A stretch of 61,963 nucleotides of DNA, the filler included, from Dugesia japonica (lineage: Eukaryota), in NCBI GenBank assembly GCA_001938525.1. It is 6 parts of 6 records of this genome, joined end to end, with 100 filler letters (N's around TTAATTAATTAA, not from the genome) between each part and the next. Parts side by side here need not be neighbours in the genome. Positions count along the whole stretch, not along the records: positions 32,250 to 40,430 come from MQRL01623907.1; positions 40,531 to 50,313 come from MQRL01639888.1; positions 50,414 to 61,963 come from MQRL01581685.1; 3 more parts are not named here. One strand, 5' to 3'. The first letter of the stretch is position 1; each line of letters opens with the position of its first letter. Positions 37,592 to 50,885 of this stretch are shown here, in pieces. The translations under genes and the position numbers were made by a program. The notes under the pieces were generated by a model. The model did no database searches and was not told the origin of the DNA. It saw only the letters and a list, made by a program, of their open reading frames with translations.

Positions 37592-38020
37592 TTACAGGGA
37601 AACCTCTGTTATTTCTTCCTCGGTGTTTTCATTGTTGCTATTAGAAGCCTCATTTCGTGCACTCCAAAGGTAGTTTTGAACAAANGAGGATAATTGAGAA
37701 GTGGAAGGTAATCGATTCGTGGTAACACCGATTAAGGAAGGTCCATCATGCCACAGACGCTCTACCTGAGGCACAACGGTATTTCTCTCAAAAGAAAGTG
37801 CAGCTGGAGGAAATGCAACCCAATCTCGTCTAGGGCCACACCAACTGTAATAGGCACTCCTTTCCGTCGCATCCCACTGTCTTTCATCTGCTGCGTGTTC
37901 GGTGGAGATGTTGGAGCGATCGACTAGAACACCGGCGTCACGATTGTGCGGGTTTTGGTACCTTTTAAATACCGTTCGGCCTGAATGAATATCCAGACTC
38001 ACCTCCCACTTGAATTCCAT
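37592..38020 (-). CDS. Orphan ORF (142 aa, MEFKWEV...)
   Basis: TATAAAA at 38094-38100, ATG at 38020, AATAAA at 37573-37578. Confidence 0.5.
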   Translation of the reverse strand: MEFKWEVSLDIHSGRTVFKRYQNPHNRDAGVLVDRSNISTEHAADERQWDATERSAYYSWCGPRRDWVAFPPAALSFERNTVVPQVERLWHDGPSLIGVTTNRLPSTSQLSXFVQNYLWSARNEASNSNNENTEEEITEVSL

Positions 38021-38919
38021 AATGCCGGTTCTAAAGTGACGACTAGTGAGGCTATATCTATTGACCAAATGGTATGAATAGACCTGATGAGTGTTTTATA
38101 ATCAAAATGAGTTCTAAAATTTATTTTATAAGATTAGTATTTAAATTAACACCAAAGAAACAAATATATTTTTTGGATGACATGAATACACAAATGGTTC
38201 AGAGGGATTTATTATTCCTCATCTATATCCACTTTACATTCGAGAGGGAACATCTCAACGAATCACTGGAGATCGGTTTCGTCGGGGTGTTCCACTTTGC
38301 CCTTCGTTAAATAGTGGGCTATTAATTGTTTCAGGCGAACGATTCGAAGCTGTTTCTTTATTTGACGGAGTGTGGCTCACAGTATTGCTGGCATTATCTA
38401 GGAAAGAAAAGAAAAAATCTAAAATTATCACACAAAATCATGGTGTGGATTTCAATTTCCTCTACAAGAAGATTTTTATGTTACTGCGGTACACTATTAA
38501 CGAGATGGTTTGGTCCCGTAACAAGGCATTAATCCATTAAATTTATCGCAAATTAAAGATGCGCCATGTATTATTCGATAACATCCCCTTCTTCATAATA
38601 AGGATTTTTAGGGCTGAGCACATCATTCTTTGGCATTTCTTATCCTAATAATCAGATAATAGGAAAAAATTATAATATTGGCGAAGATTTTACTCATCAT
38701 AATGATGGCATTAATAATACCTGGTCACTAACAGGATTCATAAATTACACTAACATGAAAAAGTGATGATCATCTAATTATATGATGGTGACTATTCCAG
38801 GTGAATGATTTTATTAGTAATAACCATTGATAATACCAGCCAAAACAATAATGATGGTATCGATTTTAATACTATTTATGATGAGGATGGTACTAATAAT
38901 CATAATCCATAGAATACTT

Positions 38920-39030
38920 CCATCATAATATTAATAATAATAATCATGATAATAATATTGATAATAATCATATTGATAATAATATTAATAATAATAATAA
39001 CAATAATAATATTAATAATAATAATATTGA
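38920..39030. repeat. (AAT)n low-complexity block
   Basis: Direct AAT triplet run. Confidence 0.9.
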
Positions 39031-40430
39031 TTGGCTAGTTATAACGATATAAAAGAAAATAACAATAACTCAGATTTCTTATTAATTTGATTTTGTGCGG
39101 TGATAGTTGCTTAGCAGCGAGTGTTAATCCTGTTATTTTTATTTGTGTTGGTGTGTTCAGTCTTTTATGTTGGTGTGTAGTATTGAGTCAATCCAATATC
39201 TACTATGAGGTTGTTTTCTTGTTATATGAGAACTGACTGATGTTATAAATTTACTTATGAAACTTTATTTAGTGTATAATGCCTAATTCATTTACAGCGT
39301 TATGGAATTTATCGTAATTTATAGATGACAGGAAATTTATTTGATATAGTAACCATTCATTTGGGATTTCTGGCTCGTTAGTCAGAGGCGATGACGAAAA
39401 TTTCTCTGTCGATGAAGATCAGTGGATTGTCAAGAAACTCTACTTTGTTGGAAATTATGTACTATTGAACTTTCGGGGTATATTTATTTTACTCAACAAT
39501 GATGGTGAGTTATATTGCGTTGATGTTTTCAATAAAGATTTGGAGTTGATTTTCGTCATTAATTGCTTTACTATGTCACCCGATGCTGATCATAACTCGT
39601 TGTCATAAACTCCACCAATTAGAATTCTACAATCCGAATCTGGTTTTTTATTAATTCCTGTAGCATGCAACATTCTAATGTGATGGTAATTACTCATATT
39701 CGATAACAAAATTAGTTTAAGAGCAAATGCTTTCTGAAAATTCTTAATCCAATTTTAATCAAATGCCAAATGNNNNNNNNNNNNNNNNNNNNNNNNNNNN
39801 NNNNNNNNNNNNNNNNNNNNNNCAATTTTAATCAAATGCCAAATGATTACCAATGTAGCTGTAACATAAAATAATTTTAGTTAAAATAAAAAAAAAATTT
39901 TAATCATTTATGAACTAAGTTTTATTAAAATAAATATTATTCATCATCATCAAAAATGATACATTTATCCAATTAGAATAAAATTTTACTTTTAATTAAA
40001 CTTGTTTCTGCAACGGGGAAATAGTGAAAAGCTGGAATGGATTACTGGATAGGCAAATCTATTCTTTCTTTTATCTTGAGGAATAAGCTGGTTTACCGTT
40101 TAGTGATTACTATAGTTTCTTCTTTCAATAACGTAGAAGCACTGGATTTTCTAAATTGAATTGTTTAAAGGTGAGAAATCTTTCCGTTTTCAACTAACTA
40201 CTTGATTTAATGGTGACTGAGGATAGTGAAAGTTGTATTTTCAATTTTCTAAAACTCGAATCGATATCCTTATATTAATACGGAATTCAAAGTTTGTAGT
40301 TTTATGATTAGAGTGTTTTGCTGAGTTTTTTCATTAAATCTTCTAAATTCGGGGGCTCCTTTTATAGGGTTTGACTTACACCCCAACTTGTTCTTGATTT
40401 GCTGATTATTTTTGGATCAGCCTTTTCCTG

Positions 40431-40530
40431 NNNNNNNNNNNNNNNNNNNNNNNNNNNNNNNNNNNNNNNNNNNNTTAATTAATTAANNNNNNNNNNNNNN
40501 NNNNNNNNNNNNNNNNNNNNNNNNNNNNNN
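40431..40530. other. Artificial contig-joining spacer
   Basis: TTAATTAATTAA at 40475-40486 between two 44-N runs. Confidence 0.97.
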
Positions 40531-43500
40531 ATCACATTTTTCCGTGATTGCAAAAAATTTGTCTTGATGCATGAAGGCTTAGTTCATATTTTTGATTGTA
40601 AAACATCTAATAGTGGGTTCATGCAAACGAAAAGCTTTTGTTTGAATAACTAAACTTCTTAGAGGGACACCTTATTGATGTTCATCACCAATGCCTGATA
40701 ATAACGATCTTTCCATCTAATCAATCACTATATCATGTCTTTTGAATACAGATTTCCATAATTTTGAACATAGTTTTTGATTTTAATCTTTTTTAACATC
40801 GGACATATCGTNNNNNNNNNNNNNNNNNNNNNNNNNNNNNNNNNNNNNNNNNNNNNNNNNNNNNNNNNACTCCTAATTATTTCCGTATTTGTTTCTATTG
40901 TAAGAAGTTTGTGGATTATTAATCTCTTCTTTCCGATATCAACACTATTGCATCTTCGTTTCTAATTCATGTTTATGGATTTATAAAAATGAATTATTTA
41001 TTACATAAACTGACAAGAACACAGCGTGTCATTACAATACTGCCCTGATCTGAGACTAAACATGACTTCGTAATTAAGTGATCGGAGGCAGAAGAAAGAG
41101 ACTCGATTGCACAAAAGAATTTATGAAATGTACGAAACTCGAGGTACACTTGTACTATGAAAGCATGTATGACATTAACAATTTTGTTCTTATTTTTAAC
41201 CTATATCTTATTAATATCTATTGCATTATTGTTGAAAATTACATTACTGATAATAATGTTAGAAGCATCAAAGAATTATAGTTGTCATTGTTATTAACTA
41301 AAAATAATTGAAACAAATCGAAATACGTATTTTCTTCTTTTCAAAAATAAGGAAATTTTAAATTTGATATTAGTTTTTTTATGTTAAAATTATTATTAAG
41401 GAAAGATTTTTTTGAATATAAAACTGACATAATATAATTATTTTTGAATACTGTAAAAATAGATTAATAGAAAAAAAGTACATAATGATCAAAGAAGTGA
41501 AATTCTTCGAATTAAGATAATTTCAAAATAAGATACAACGAACTAAAATTTGGAAACACAATTGATAACTTAATTAAATTATCACAATAAATAATAAATA
41601 TAAGAATAATTAATNNNNNNNNNNNNNNNNNNNNNNNNNNNNNNNNNNNNNNNNNNNNNNTAAATTAGCAATTAGTTAAATAAGAAAATATTAAAAGCGA
41701 CAAATTATTTTTTAAAATTTATTGATTGAAGATGAATTTAATTGCAAAAAATATTTACCAATAAAAATTATTTTACAATTGCAATTATTGCGAGAATAAT
41801 CGTTTTTCGGAATTCATTTAAAATAAAAGCTTAGATCATAATTTGTTTTTTTTTNNNNNNNNNNNNNNNNNNNNNNNNNNNNNNNNNNNNNNNNNNNNNN
41901 NNNNNNNNNNNNNNNNNNNNNNNNNNNNNNNNNNNNNNNNNNNNNNNNNNNNNNNNNNNNNNNNNNNNNNNNNNNNNNNNNNNNNNNNNNNNNNNNNNNN
42001 NNNNTAAATAAATTTTTATAGATATTAAAAATTAGGTTATTTTTAATAATCAAATAGAAAAAATATTATTCATTAACTATGCTACATTGTTAAATTAAAA
42101 TAAAAATATATTTCGTCTTTTTTATTTGTTTAAATAGAAATTTTAGTTCAGTCTAGCCAATTTTAGTTAATATTTTAATGTAAGCAAGGTGTAAATCAGT
42201 TGTCCGGATACGTATAATCCTTACTGTTATGGAAAGGAAAGAGAATGAATATAAATTAAATGACAATGAGATGTTGATTATTTCTACTAATGAAATATGG
42301 CAAATTTTAAAATGAATCCTAATATTATTATAATTGAAACGAAAAATATACAAAAAAATATTTTTTGCTTAAGTAACTGAAGTTTTTTTTTAAATGAAAA
42401 TTAATCTAAATTTATGATTATCAAAATATTTCACGAGTGAACATTCTGAGAATGGTAGTTTTATAGTTATTTTTTCTTGATTATTGTTAATGTTTTCTTC
42501 TGGTTTATTATTGGATGTTGAGCACAGTTTTATTTAGAGTACTATGTATATTATTATAAATCCTTTTTTAGTTATATCTAATAGCTCGAAGACTACTATT
42601 TAATCTGCTAAGACCATCATCCGCAATCTCAAAACTTGATGATATATACCACACTCTATGTACTAAACCTTTTATTAATCTATTTTAAAATCGATCATCA
42701 CAAAAATGTTTAGGAGTGGTAGACAGTCCTGTGTCTGTTGGTTTTTTATATATTGTAATATTATAGTTATGACCTTATCTACAAACAAAAACATCTAAAA
42801 ATGATAGTTTACCCTCTTTTTCAACTTCTATAATAAATTTTATATTTTGATGAAGACTGTTCATATAATCAACAAAATGTAATATATCATGTTGATCTTT
42901 AAAATTAAGGAAGATATCATATAAATATAAATGTAAATATATATTTTCTACATTTCTACACTACATAGAAAAAAACATGAAGAAATACTAATCAAAGAAA
43001 GCAATCCTAAAATAAATANNNNNNNNNNNNNNNNNNNNNNNNNNNNNNNNNNNNNNNNNNNNNNNNNNNNNNNNNNNNNNNNNNNNNNNNNNNNNNNNNN
43101 NNNNNNNNNNNNNNNNNNNNNNNNNNNNNNNNNNNNNNNNNNNNNNNNNNNNNNNNNNNNNNNNNNNNNNNNNNNNNNNNNNNNNNNNNNNNNNNNNNNN
43201 NNNNNTTGATCTAAGCTTTTATATTAAATGAATTCTATAAAACGATCAATGGTTAAGTCCAGCAATTATTCTCGCAATAGTAATTATAATGGTATTGTTT
43301 TAGTAATATATATAGCTTAAAAATATTTTCGTTTAATACAACTGTTTAGTCTTAGAAATTATGAATTTTCTACAATATGTATTAATTTCAGTATATTTAA
43401 ACATTTTATAATTATTATATTTAAAAGTAAAATTCAAATATTAAAAGTATTTCAAAATTTAGGCCTTCCACTCCAATACACGATTTGTTAGCAAATAAAT

Positions 43501-43889
43501 TTCAAAATGATTGGCTGGATCATCTAAGCCAAAAACAAAAGGATTTAATGGAAAAAGAAAGAAGCAGAGTAAATCTTATAATTTAATTTCTAAAAATAAT
43601 CATTAAATAAATTGCAAAATATTCAAAATTTCATTTTAGCTGGAATATTAATGATGTTCCATTTGTTATTTTCTCAAATTTATATTAAAATAAATACAAA
43701 CCGATTGTTAGATTTCCATATAATTTTCTAAGTTTTGAGTTTACAAGAAAGGTTGAGGTTTTTTAGGTTTGTCTTCTAGTGTTTTTAGAAAAAATAATAT
43801 CACTTAATTATTAAATATTGGGTGATGGAATAAGTTCTACCATATTTTTTCATCAAAAATTAAAAGACAAAGTAAATACATGCAAATAT

Positions 43890-44240
43890 TATTCTAATAC
43901 GGATATCGTCCATTTTGGTGGATGACCGGTTGCTAGCGTTGTGATAATATCGTTATGTCAATCTCATAAAAACTTTGTGGCTTCCTTGCGAATAAAGTGA
44001 CCACGCTTTTTTTGAAATCCTGCAAGAAATGAAGTCGTAAAATTGTATATTTTGAAGTGATGTGAACATATGGTAATCCGTAGGTGCCATATCTGGCGAG
44101 TATGGTGGATACTTTTTAATTTAGACTTGGTCATCAAAGTAGTATGTGGTCTGGGTTTGTCTTGGGGAATTAATTTTTTCTAGAACATTGGTCCACAACA
44201 TTTTTTGTAGATGGATCGCATCATCAGTTTAAATCAAATT
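43890..44240 (-). mobile_element. Mariner transposase C-terminal fragment
   Basis: YPPYSPDMAPTDYHMF motif on the minus strand. Confidence 0.85.
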
Positions 44241-44787
44241 CTGGCGGATCACAGGTTGTACATCCCCGATATTATAAATACTATACTAAACTATTTAATT
44301 TCGAACATTTATTATAGCATTGTTAAAGTGTCATTTTACAGCAAACATTTTGAAGGAGATCGTTGTGAATCCGTGAAATATTGGTTGTATTGAATTATAT
44401 TTATTTGATAGTTTTCTTCTTGTTATTTGCAATGTTTTAGCTAGGTCAATTTTAGTCAAAAATATTTACCAATAAGTATAAAAAGCATTAGTCAAAAAAT
44501 GTTTAAAATTTTATTTATATATTTTACTCAGAAAAATTTAATAATTATTTTAAAAATAAAAAATAAATGCCAATTTTTTAATAAAAAGTTTTAAACGCCA
44601 TTTCAAAAAATAGATTTTTGAAAGAAGCTGATATTTGTTTTATGGAAAAATTTTTCTACAAAAATTGTTTCATTTTCAGATATAATTTTTTAATTCATTT
44701 AAAAGTTCTTATGTATTAAAATTCCTGATTATGTGTTGAATTATGTAATCTTTTCAACAAATCAAATTAATTAAAACCATTTATTAA

Positions 44788-45471
44788 TTAGGTTGAGAAA
44801 AAATTTGTGCTCCGTGTTAAAATTATGAATTTTTATATACAACATATTATATAATATGTTTTGTTTTATTAATCTTAATAATAATTCTCAAATAACTTGA
44901 CTTTGTCCACAAAAAGCGACAATAGGATCCACACGAGTTTACTGAAGCGCAAGTCACTAAACGAGTCAAAATTTTCCACCAAGTGCTTTTTGGTTTTATG
45001 AACGCTTTTCGAAGCGAATTGTGACATTGTAGGAGAAGTTGGTGTAATTGGTCAATCACGATCAAAGCAGGTGTTGGATTGGAAAAGGTGAAACTTATCC
45101 AAAGAAAAATCAGTTAAAAAAAATGAAAATCATGTTTTACGTTTTGTGCTACAAGTTTGAAGAACTGAATGGTATCAATATTCTATCGCATCTAGCCTAT
45201 AGTCCAAACTTTGTTTCATTTGACTATGATCTCTTCCGATCAATGCAGCATTTTTTAAAGAAAGTGGATTTGGATAATTCGACGATGTCGAAGAAGCATG
45301 TCAAGAATTTTTCGATTTAAAGCCGAAAGAGTTGTACTTTGACCAAATTTATGTTGGCAGAAGGTCGTGTACAATGATAGTATTTATTTTGAAGAATAAT
45401 TGTTGTTTTCGAATAAACTATTTAAAAAAATTATTATTTTACACGACGCGTGAACTTTTTTCTCAACATAG
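44788..45471 (+). mobile_element. Internally deleted mariner element with both TIRs
   Basis: TIRs taggttgagaaaaaatttgtgctccgtgt and (rc) tatgttgagaaaaaagttcacgcgtcgtgt; residual HLAYSPNFVSFDYDLFRSMQHFL. Confidence 0.8.
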
Positions 45472-46421
45472 TAATTAAAAACGTAATAATTTGAACGTAA
45501 TATTTTGAAATGGCATTTAAAATTTTATAATTGGAAAATAATTGAAATTATCCAAATACTAGTACTTGAACATTTTGACCTCTTAAAGAATAAGAATATA
45601 ACTAACCATACAGATCATCCCTATTCTTATTTTAGATTCCGTGCCGTCCAAATAGTTTTAAGATTTTTCTATTATTCTGTCAAATCTTTATTTTTTAACT
45701 TATAAAAAATTTTACGATATTAAATTTGTTTTCTTCGTTTTAAACTGATTGTTAATAAATTAATTTTTGTGTTTTCTGGATTTTTTTTCAGTTTTAAAAA
45801 CTGACTTACAAAATTAATCTATCCACACACTTATTCGTATACATACTTATTATTTTAATTAATCTTTTAAAATAATTTCATACACCCCAAACAGATTCAT
45901 AAAAGAAATTATGAGGTTTTTTAAAAATAACTTTTTTAAATTGGGATTTTTAAATTTTAAAAAAATTTAATAATCAAATTAAAAGGGAGATTAAATTATA
46001 TCTTTTTGATTATAATAACAATCAAGAAAATAAGTTTTTTCAGGAATTTTCTATCAAGAATAAATTATACCATTTTACTGTTAGAAAAACGATTGAGGCT
46101 GACATTTTGTTCAAGGAAAACAGAAAAGAGATCAAATAAAAAACTATTTATACCTAGAATTAATTTATTTTTCCTAATTTGGATTTTTTATTAAAGGATA
46201 TCCATCACAATTATAAGAAACATAATGACATTATTCCAATAATCTCTTGAGCAATGTCGGGCAACCGATGTGCCAAGAGAAAGTTTTAGTGTGCTGCAAA
46301 ATCTTCTGGAAATGTTTAAAATTGCTATTGTTTTTGAACTTTCGAATGATAAAAAATATAATTATTACCGGCTTCGAAATGTTCAAAAAATTTTAAATAA
46401 ATAAATAATAAATAAAGATTA

Positions 46422-46456
46422 AATTCCTGACGAAGACAAAGTCGAAATATAGAATT
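46422..46456 (+). ncRNA. Minimal hammerhead ribozyme motif
   Basis: AATTC-CTGACGA-A-GAC(aaa)GTC-GAAA-TA-TA-GAATT, with perfect 5-bp stem I and intact core. Confidence 0.75.
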
Positions 46457-48136
46457 ATCAAAAAACCAAGAAAAACAAATTTTTATCGAAGCTTTTATTT
46501 TAAATGAAACAAATATATATCAAAATATTATTTATAAGTTTTAGATAAGGAAATTTAAATAATTAAAAGCGAAATATGCGAATAGATTAAAATTAATAGA
46601 ATAAAATGAATAGGTTTTTTAAAGTTTAAGTTCGGTTTTCTTCACAATAAGTTTAATGCAGCTTTATTGATAATTACAATATAAAAAAATATAGAAATTC
46701 CCAAACTAAATAGAAACATTTCTGATTCAAAAATATGCGAGTGATAAAATGAGAACAATGAAAACAAGAAAACTGTTTCATAATCATCAAAAGGAAAATA
46801 AGTAAAAGTATCAAAACGATTACCTGAACCATGGATTTGTTGTAACAGAAAACGACCCATCACTGCCGTTTGTTTTATATACGTCAAAACTCTAATCAAT
46901 GAAACAATGACACCTTAATCACATGCAAGTCTTTGTTAATAAAATTTCTTTCACGTTTACGAAATTATCAGTTTTTTAATTGGTGTGCGCTACAAAATTT
47001 TATTTTGACTAAGTTCGCCGCGATCTGAAAAAGGTTGTCTGAAACTTATATTGAGCATGAAACAAATAGCCACATTAACGAAATATCATTGTATTTATTT
47101 ATTCTTATCGAAATGATATATTGTGATTTCTTATAGAAATTTCTTATTTTATCTAGAAACTTCATTTAAACAGAATACTAAAATTGTAATTTAAAAAGAA
47201 ATTTACAAATTTGTGATTATCTTTAATTTCTTTTCGTATAATTGGAGATTTTTTTTGACAAATTATTAAGTGTAATTACTTTAACTTAAAATTAAAATAG
47301 CAATCGTGAAAATTCCAATGTAAAAATATTTCCAATTTTTTATTCAAATTTTAATAAATACAAACATTTTTTTAAAATTTTCAATATATATTTTATTTTT
47401 TTTTTATTATATTATTTATTTTTAATGTATATTTTATTTTTTTTAATTATTTAGTTTATTATTATTATATATTTTTAATGTTGAAATTTAAAGTAACGAT
47501 GTGTTTAGAATAGCTAAAGAATTTTTTTAAAATTGTAATCATGCTATTATCGACGGACTGGCTCAATATAAAAGATTTTTAAATTATAGCAAAAAAAAAC
47601 ATTTTGTTTTTAATAAATTTTTATATTTTTTTTCTATTAGAGTATCGCACTATTTTTTCCAATTCTATTGTTTGATTTTTAAAATTTTATTTAGTCTCCA
47701 GATTTTAAAAAAATAAAACAGAGTTTACTTTATTTTAACAAATTATTTCTTCTCATATTTTATTACTTTAAAAATTTTTTAAACTAACTACAATTATTTA
47801 AAAAAGGTCAAATTTCAATTCCAAAGTAATTATGGAATATAAATATCAATCTCATAAATTTTCATTAGAATTTATGGATAGATTAAAATATTCTTTAAAA
47901 AGTATCAAGAATAATTTTTAAAAAATGGATTTTAAAAATCTGATTAAAACAATCATAATCAAAACTGTAGTTGTTCGAATATGTTTGTTGCAGGAAAATC
48001 CGATGCCACAAAAATATGATTTTTTAAAATAACATTAACTTTTTACAACCATTTACAAGATAATGAGGATCAAAGGAAGACAAAGACAGACATTGTATTT
48101 ATGAGTATAAACATTGTATTTACAACATAAAAGAAT

Positions 48137-49187
48137 TTACAACTGTTCAATGTGACCTCCTTCAACTTTCTCACAAAGTTCTACACGATTCAACAGCTCC
48201 TTCTGTCAATTGTTGTTTTTATTGTTTGATTTAAATGTTTCTAACGCTGCAAAAATCCTCTCGACCAATTCCTCTTTATTTTTTGGTTCTCCAATTTCAT
48301 AAGCTTTGGATTTTTTGTGGCACCATATGAAGAAGTCTAATGGATTTAGATCTGGTAATCTTGGCGGCCACTCCACAGGTCCATTTATTCTAATCCAACG
48401 TCTTTGAAAGTGCACATCCAAAAAATTTATCACCACCTTAGCTCGGTGGGATGAACATCCATCTTGCATGAACCACATTTTTCTTCTTATAATAAGTAGA
48501 ACATTTTTGAGTAATAATGGAAGCTCCAATTGCAGAAATTGTTGATAAATATTGGTGTTCAAATGACCACAAGACGCGATACCCGATTTTAAATTGTCCG
48601 ATCAGTCCTGCCCATACGTTTACTGAGAATCTTTTTTGAAAATTAGTTTCTCTTATCGCATGTGGATTTTCTGCTGCCCATACATGTTCATTATGAGAAT
48701 TGTTGATTCCGTCCCTTGTGAATGTAGCCTCATCGCAGAATAGAACAGTTGGAATCAATTGTGAGTGCTGATTTAACCATTTGCCAAATACTACTCTTTT
48801 TTCAAAATCACCTTGGTGAAGCTGTTGAATGTATTTAAAATGATATGGATAAAGGTTTTCCTCACGTAACCTCTGTCAAACGGTTGTTTGCTTAAGTCCA
48901 GTTACAGCTGACATTCTTCGTACGCATGATTTAGCATATTTATTTACTTTTTTCAATATGACCTCAGCTCTGTTTCTTCTTTGTATAACTCTTTCGCTGC
49001 ATTCCTTAGGGAAACATCCTTTTTCTTTAAGTGACGCTAAGACACGGCAAAATGTTCCACAATCAGGTAACCTGTGGTTAGGAAATCTTTCGCCATACTT
49101 CTTTCTAGGTACGGCGAAATTACCGTCACAGTATCCATACAAAAATGTCATATCAACGTACTCCTGATCGGAAAATTGAAATGGCAT
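48137..49187 (-). pseudogene. Near-complete DD41D (rosa/Visitor) Tc1/mariner-superfamily transposase
   Basis: MPFQFSDQEYVDM..VLFCDEATF..VNVWAG..FMQDG-(41 aa)-D in WPPRLPDLNPLDFFIW..GGHIEQL*, with stops and one frameshift. Confidence 0.92.
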
Positions 49188-50313
49188 TATGTCTAATCTA
49201 TAATATTCAAATGATAATAAAATATTCAAATATTAAAATACTTTAATTATTAATAAAATTTATCTAATTTTAAAATGGTGCGACAATAATATATTTTTGT
49301 TTGGAATATTCAAAAAGCACTTTTAATAGTTTGAATATTAATAAATATTAAATAAATACAACGTTTAATAAATATTAAATAAATATAAGTATTAATAAAA
49401 ATTAATTATTCGATCCTCAATATCTTGTAAATGGTTGATAATCGGACCAATGTTTATAAGACATTTTTTGCTATAAATGACTCAAGGAAGCTAACTCCCC
49501 GAATAGTGTATATGATATACATTTCAGTGTTGTTTATATCTTTACCTTACGCAACATACTATTAAAAACATTAAAGAAAATTTAGATTATCAAAAAATAT
49601 TATTGGAAAAATGTTAGATTTAAATAATCTTTTATTACAGAATTAGTTTTGGTATTTCATAGTTACTACTTCCAAACAAATTGCACTGAACTTACGAAAA
49701 TAACATTAACGTGAAGGATGGGTCTTTTTACTTGCGGAAATATTTTTCAAAATTTTAAATGATCATTAAAAGTGATTTCAAATTTTTAAAAAATCATAAA
49801 AATTTTAAATGAATTTTAATTTAATAATTCATAACAATTTTTCTTTTTAAATGAATGTTTATTTGTAACTATTGTTAATCAAAAATATATAANNNNNNNN
49901 NNNNNNNNNNNNNNNNNNGAAAAAGTAATTTAAAATATAAACTTATTCAATATTCTCACGGGCTTATGTTTTTTATTTTATCTTTTCATTGATGTTCCAC
50001 AAAATTATAATTTCAATTTTTGATTTCACAACAACAGCCCATAAAATAGTCAATGCTTGTTTATTTATTAGACAATAAAATGAAATTAACAAATTCTATG
50101 AAAAAAAATAAGCAAAGAAATTCATCGTTAATATTAACTTTTTAAAAATATTATTTAAATTAATTATATAAATATAAGTTATTTTTTATTTGATTAATAA
50201 GAAAATAACATATTTAAATTTTAAATTTGTTAAATTAAGAAATATTATTTTATTTTTGAACTTAAAATTTTCGAAATTTATTTAATTTATTTTTTGTTTG
50301 CGAAGAAATAATA

Positions 50314-50413
50314 NNNNNNNNNNNNNNNNNNNNNNNNNNNNNNNNNNNNNNNNNNNNTTAATTAATTAANNNNNNNNNNNNNNNNNNNNNNNNNNNNNNN
50401 NNNNNNNNNNNNN
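50314..50413. other. Artificial contig-joining spacer
   Basis: TTAATTAATTAA at 50358-50369 between two 44-N runs. Confidence 0.97.
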
Positions 50414-50751
50414 CAATGAAAGTTTTGTGGACTAAAATGTACTTTTTCTGGAATCAAATAATAATTTTTGTATGAAAGTTTTATGGTGTAAGGTGATGCG
50501 CTTTGTTTGCCAAGAAATCTGGAATAATACTATAAGTTTTAGATCATGTGAACTCGCATGAAAGAAGTAAATTAAACAAATTTAAATGGAAGTCGATGAC
50601 ATTATCCATTCTGGATTTTGCATGTATAGTATGTGAACGAAAACTCGTTAATTGCATTATTACATATGTATGTATGTCTATGTATGTATGTTTATGTCTC
50701 AAAAATATAATTAAAAAAACCGCGTAACTCTGAAATCGCACAAAAAAGGTT

Positions 50752-50885
50752 TAAGTGTAATTTCTTGAATCTTTGTTTAAATAATATAGACTGAATAAAC
50801 TCATTTTTTCAATTTTGTCTGAAAATGGCGGTTGATCCGTCGAAATATATAACAATAAAATTTTATTTTAAATGGTGTTATATAT
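50752..50885 (+). repeat. Isolated 3' end of the Penelope-like family with degenerate hammerhead
   Basis: Near-identical to about 17640-17760 and 55110-55245; core mutated to CTGAAAA. Confidence 0.8.

Noticed and set aside
38560-38595. Minus-strand purine tract, TGT..ACA 17-mer and TGGCGC resembling PPT/mini-LTR/PBS
   Set aside because: Only about 6 nt of tRNA-like complementarity and no second copy; cannot be distinguished from chance.
40531-40980. Possible pogo/CENP-B HTH remnant
   Set aside because: Only faint motifs (LIRWKDRY); too degraded to support a call.
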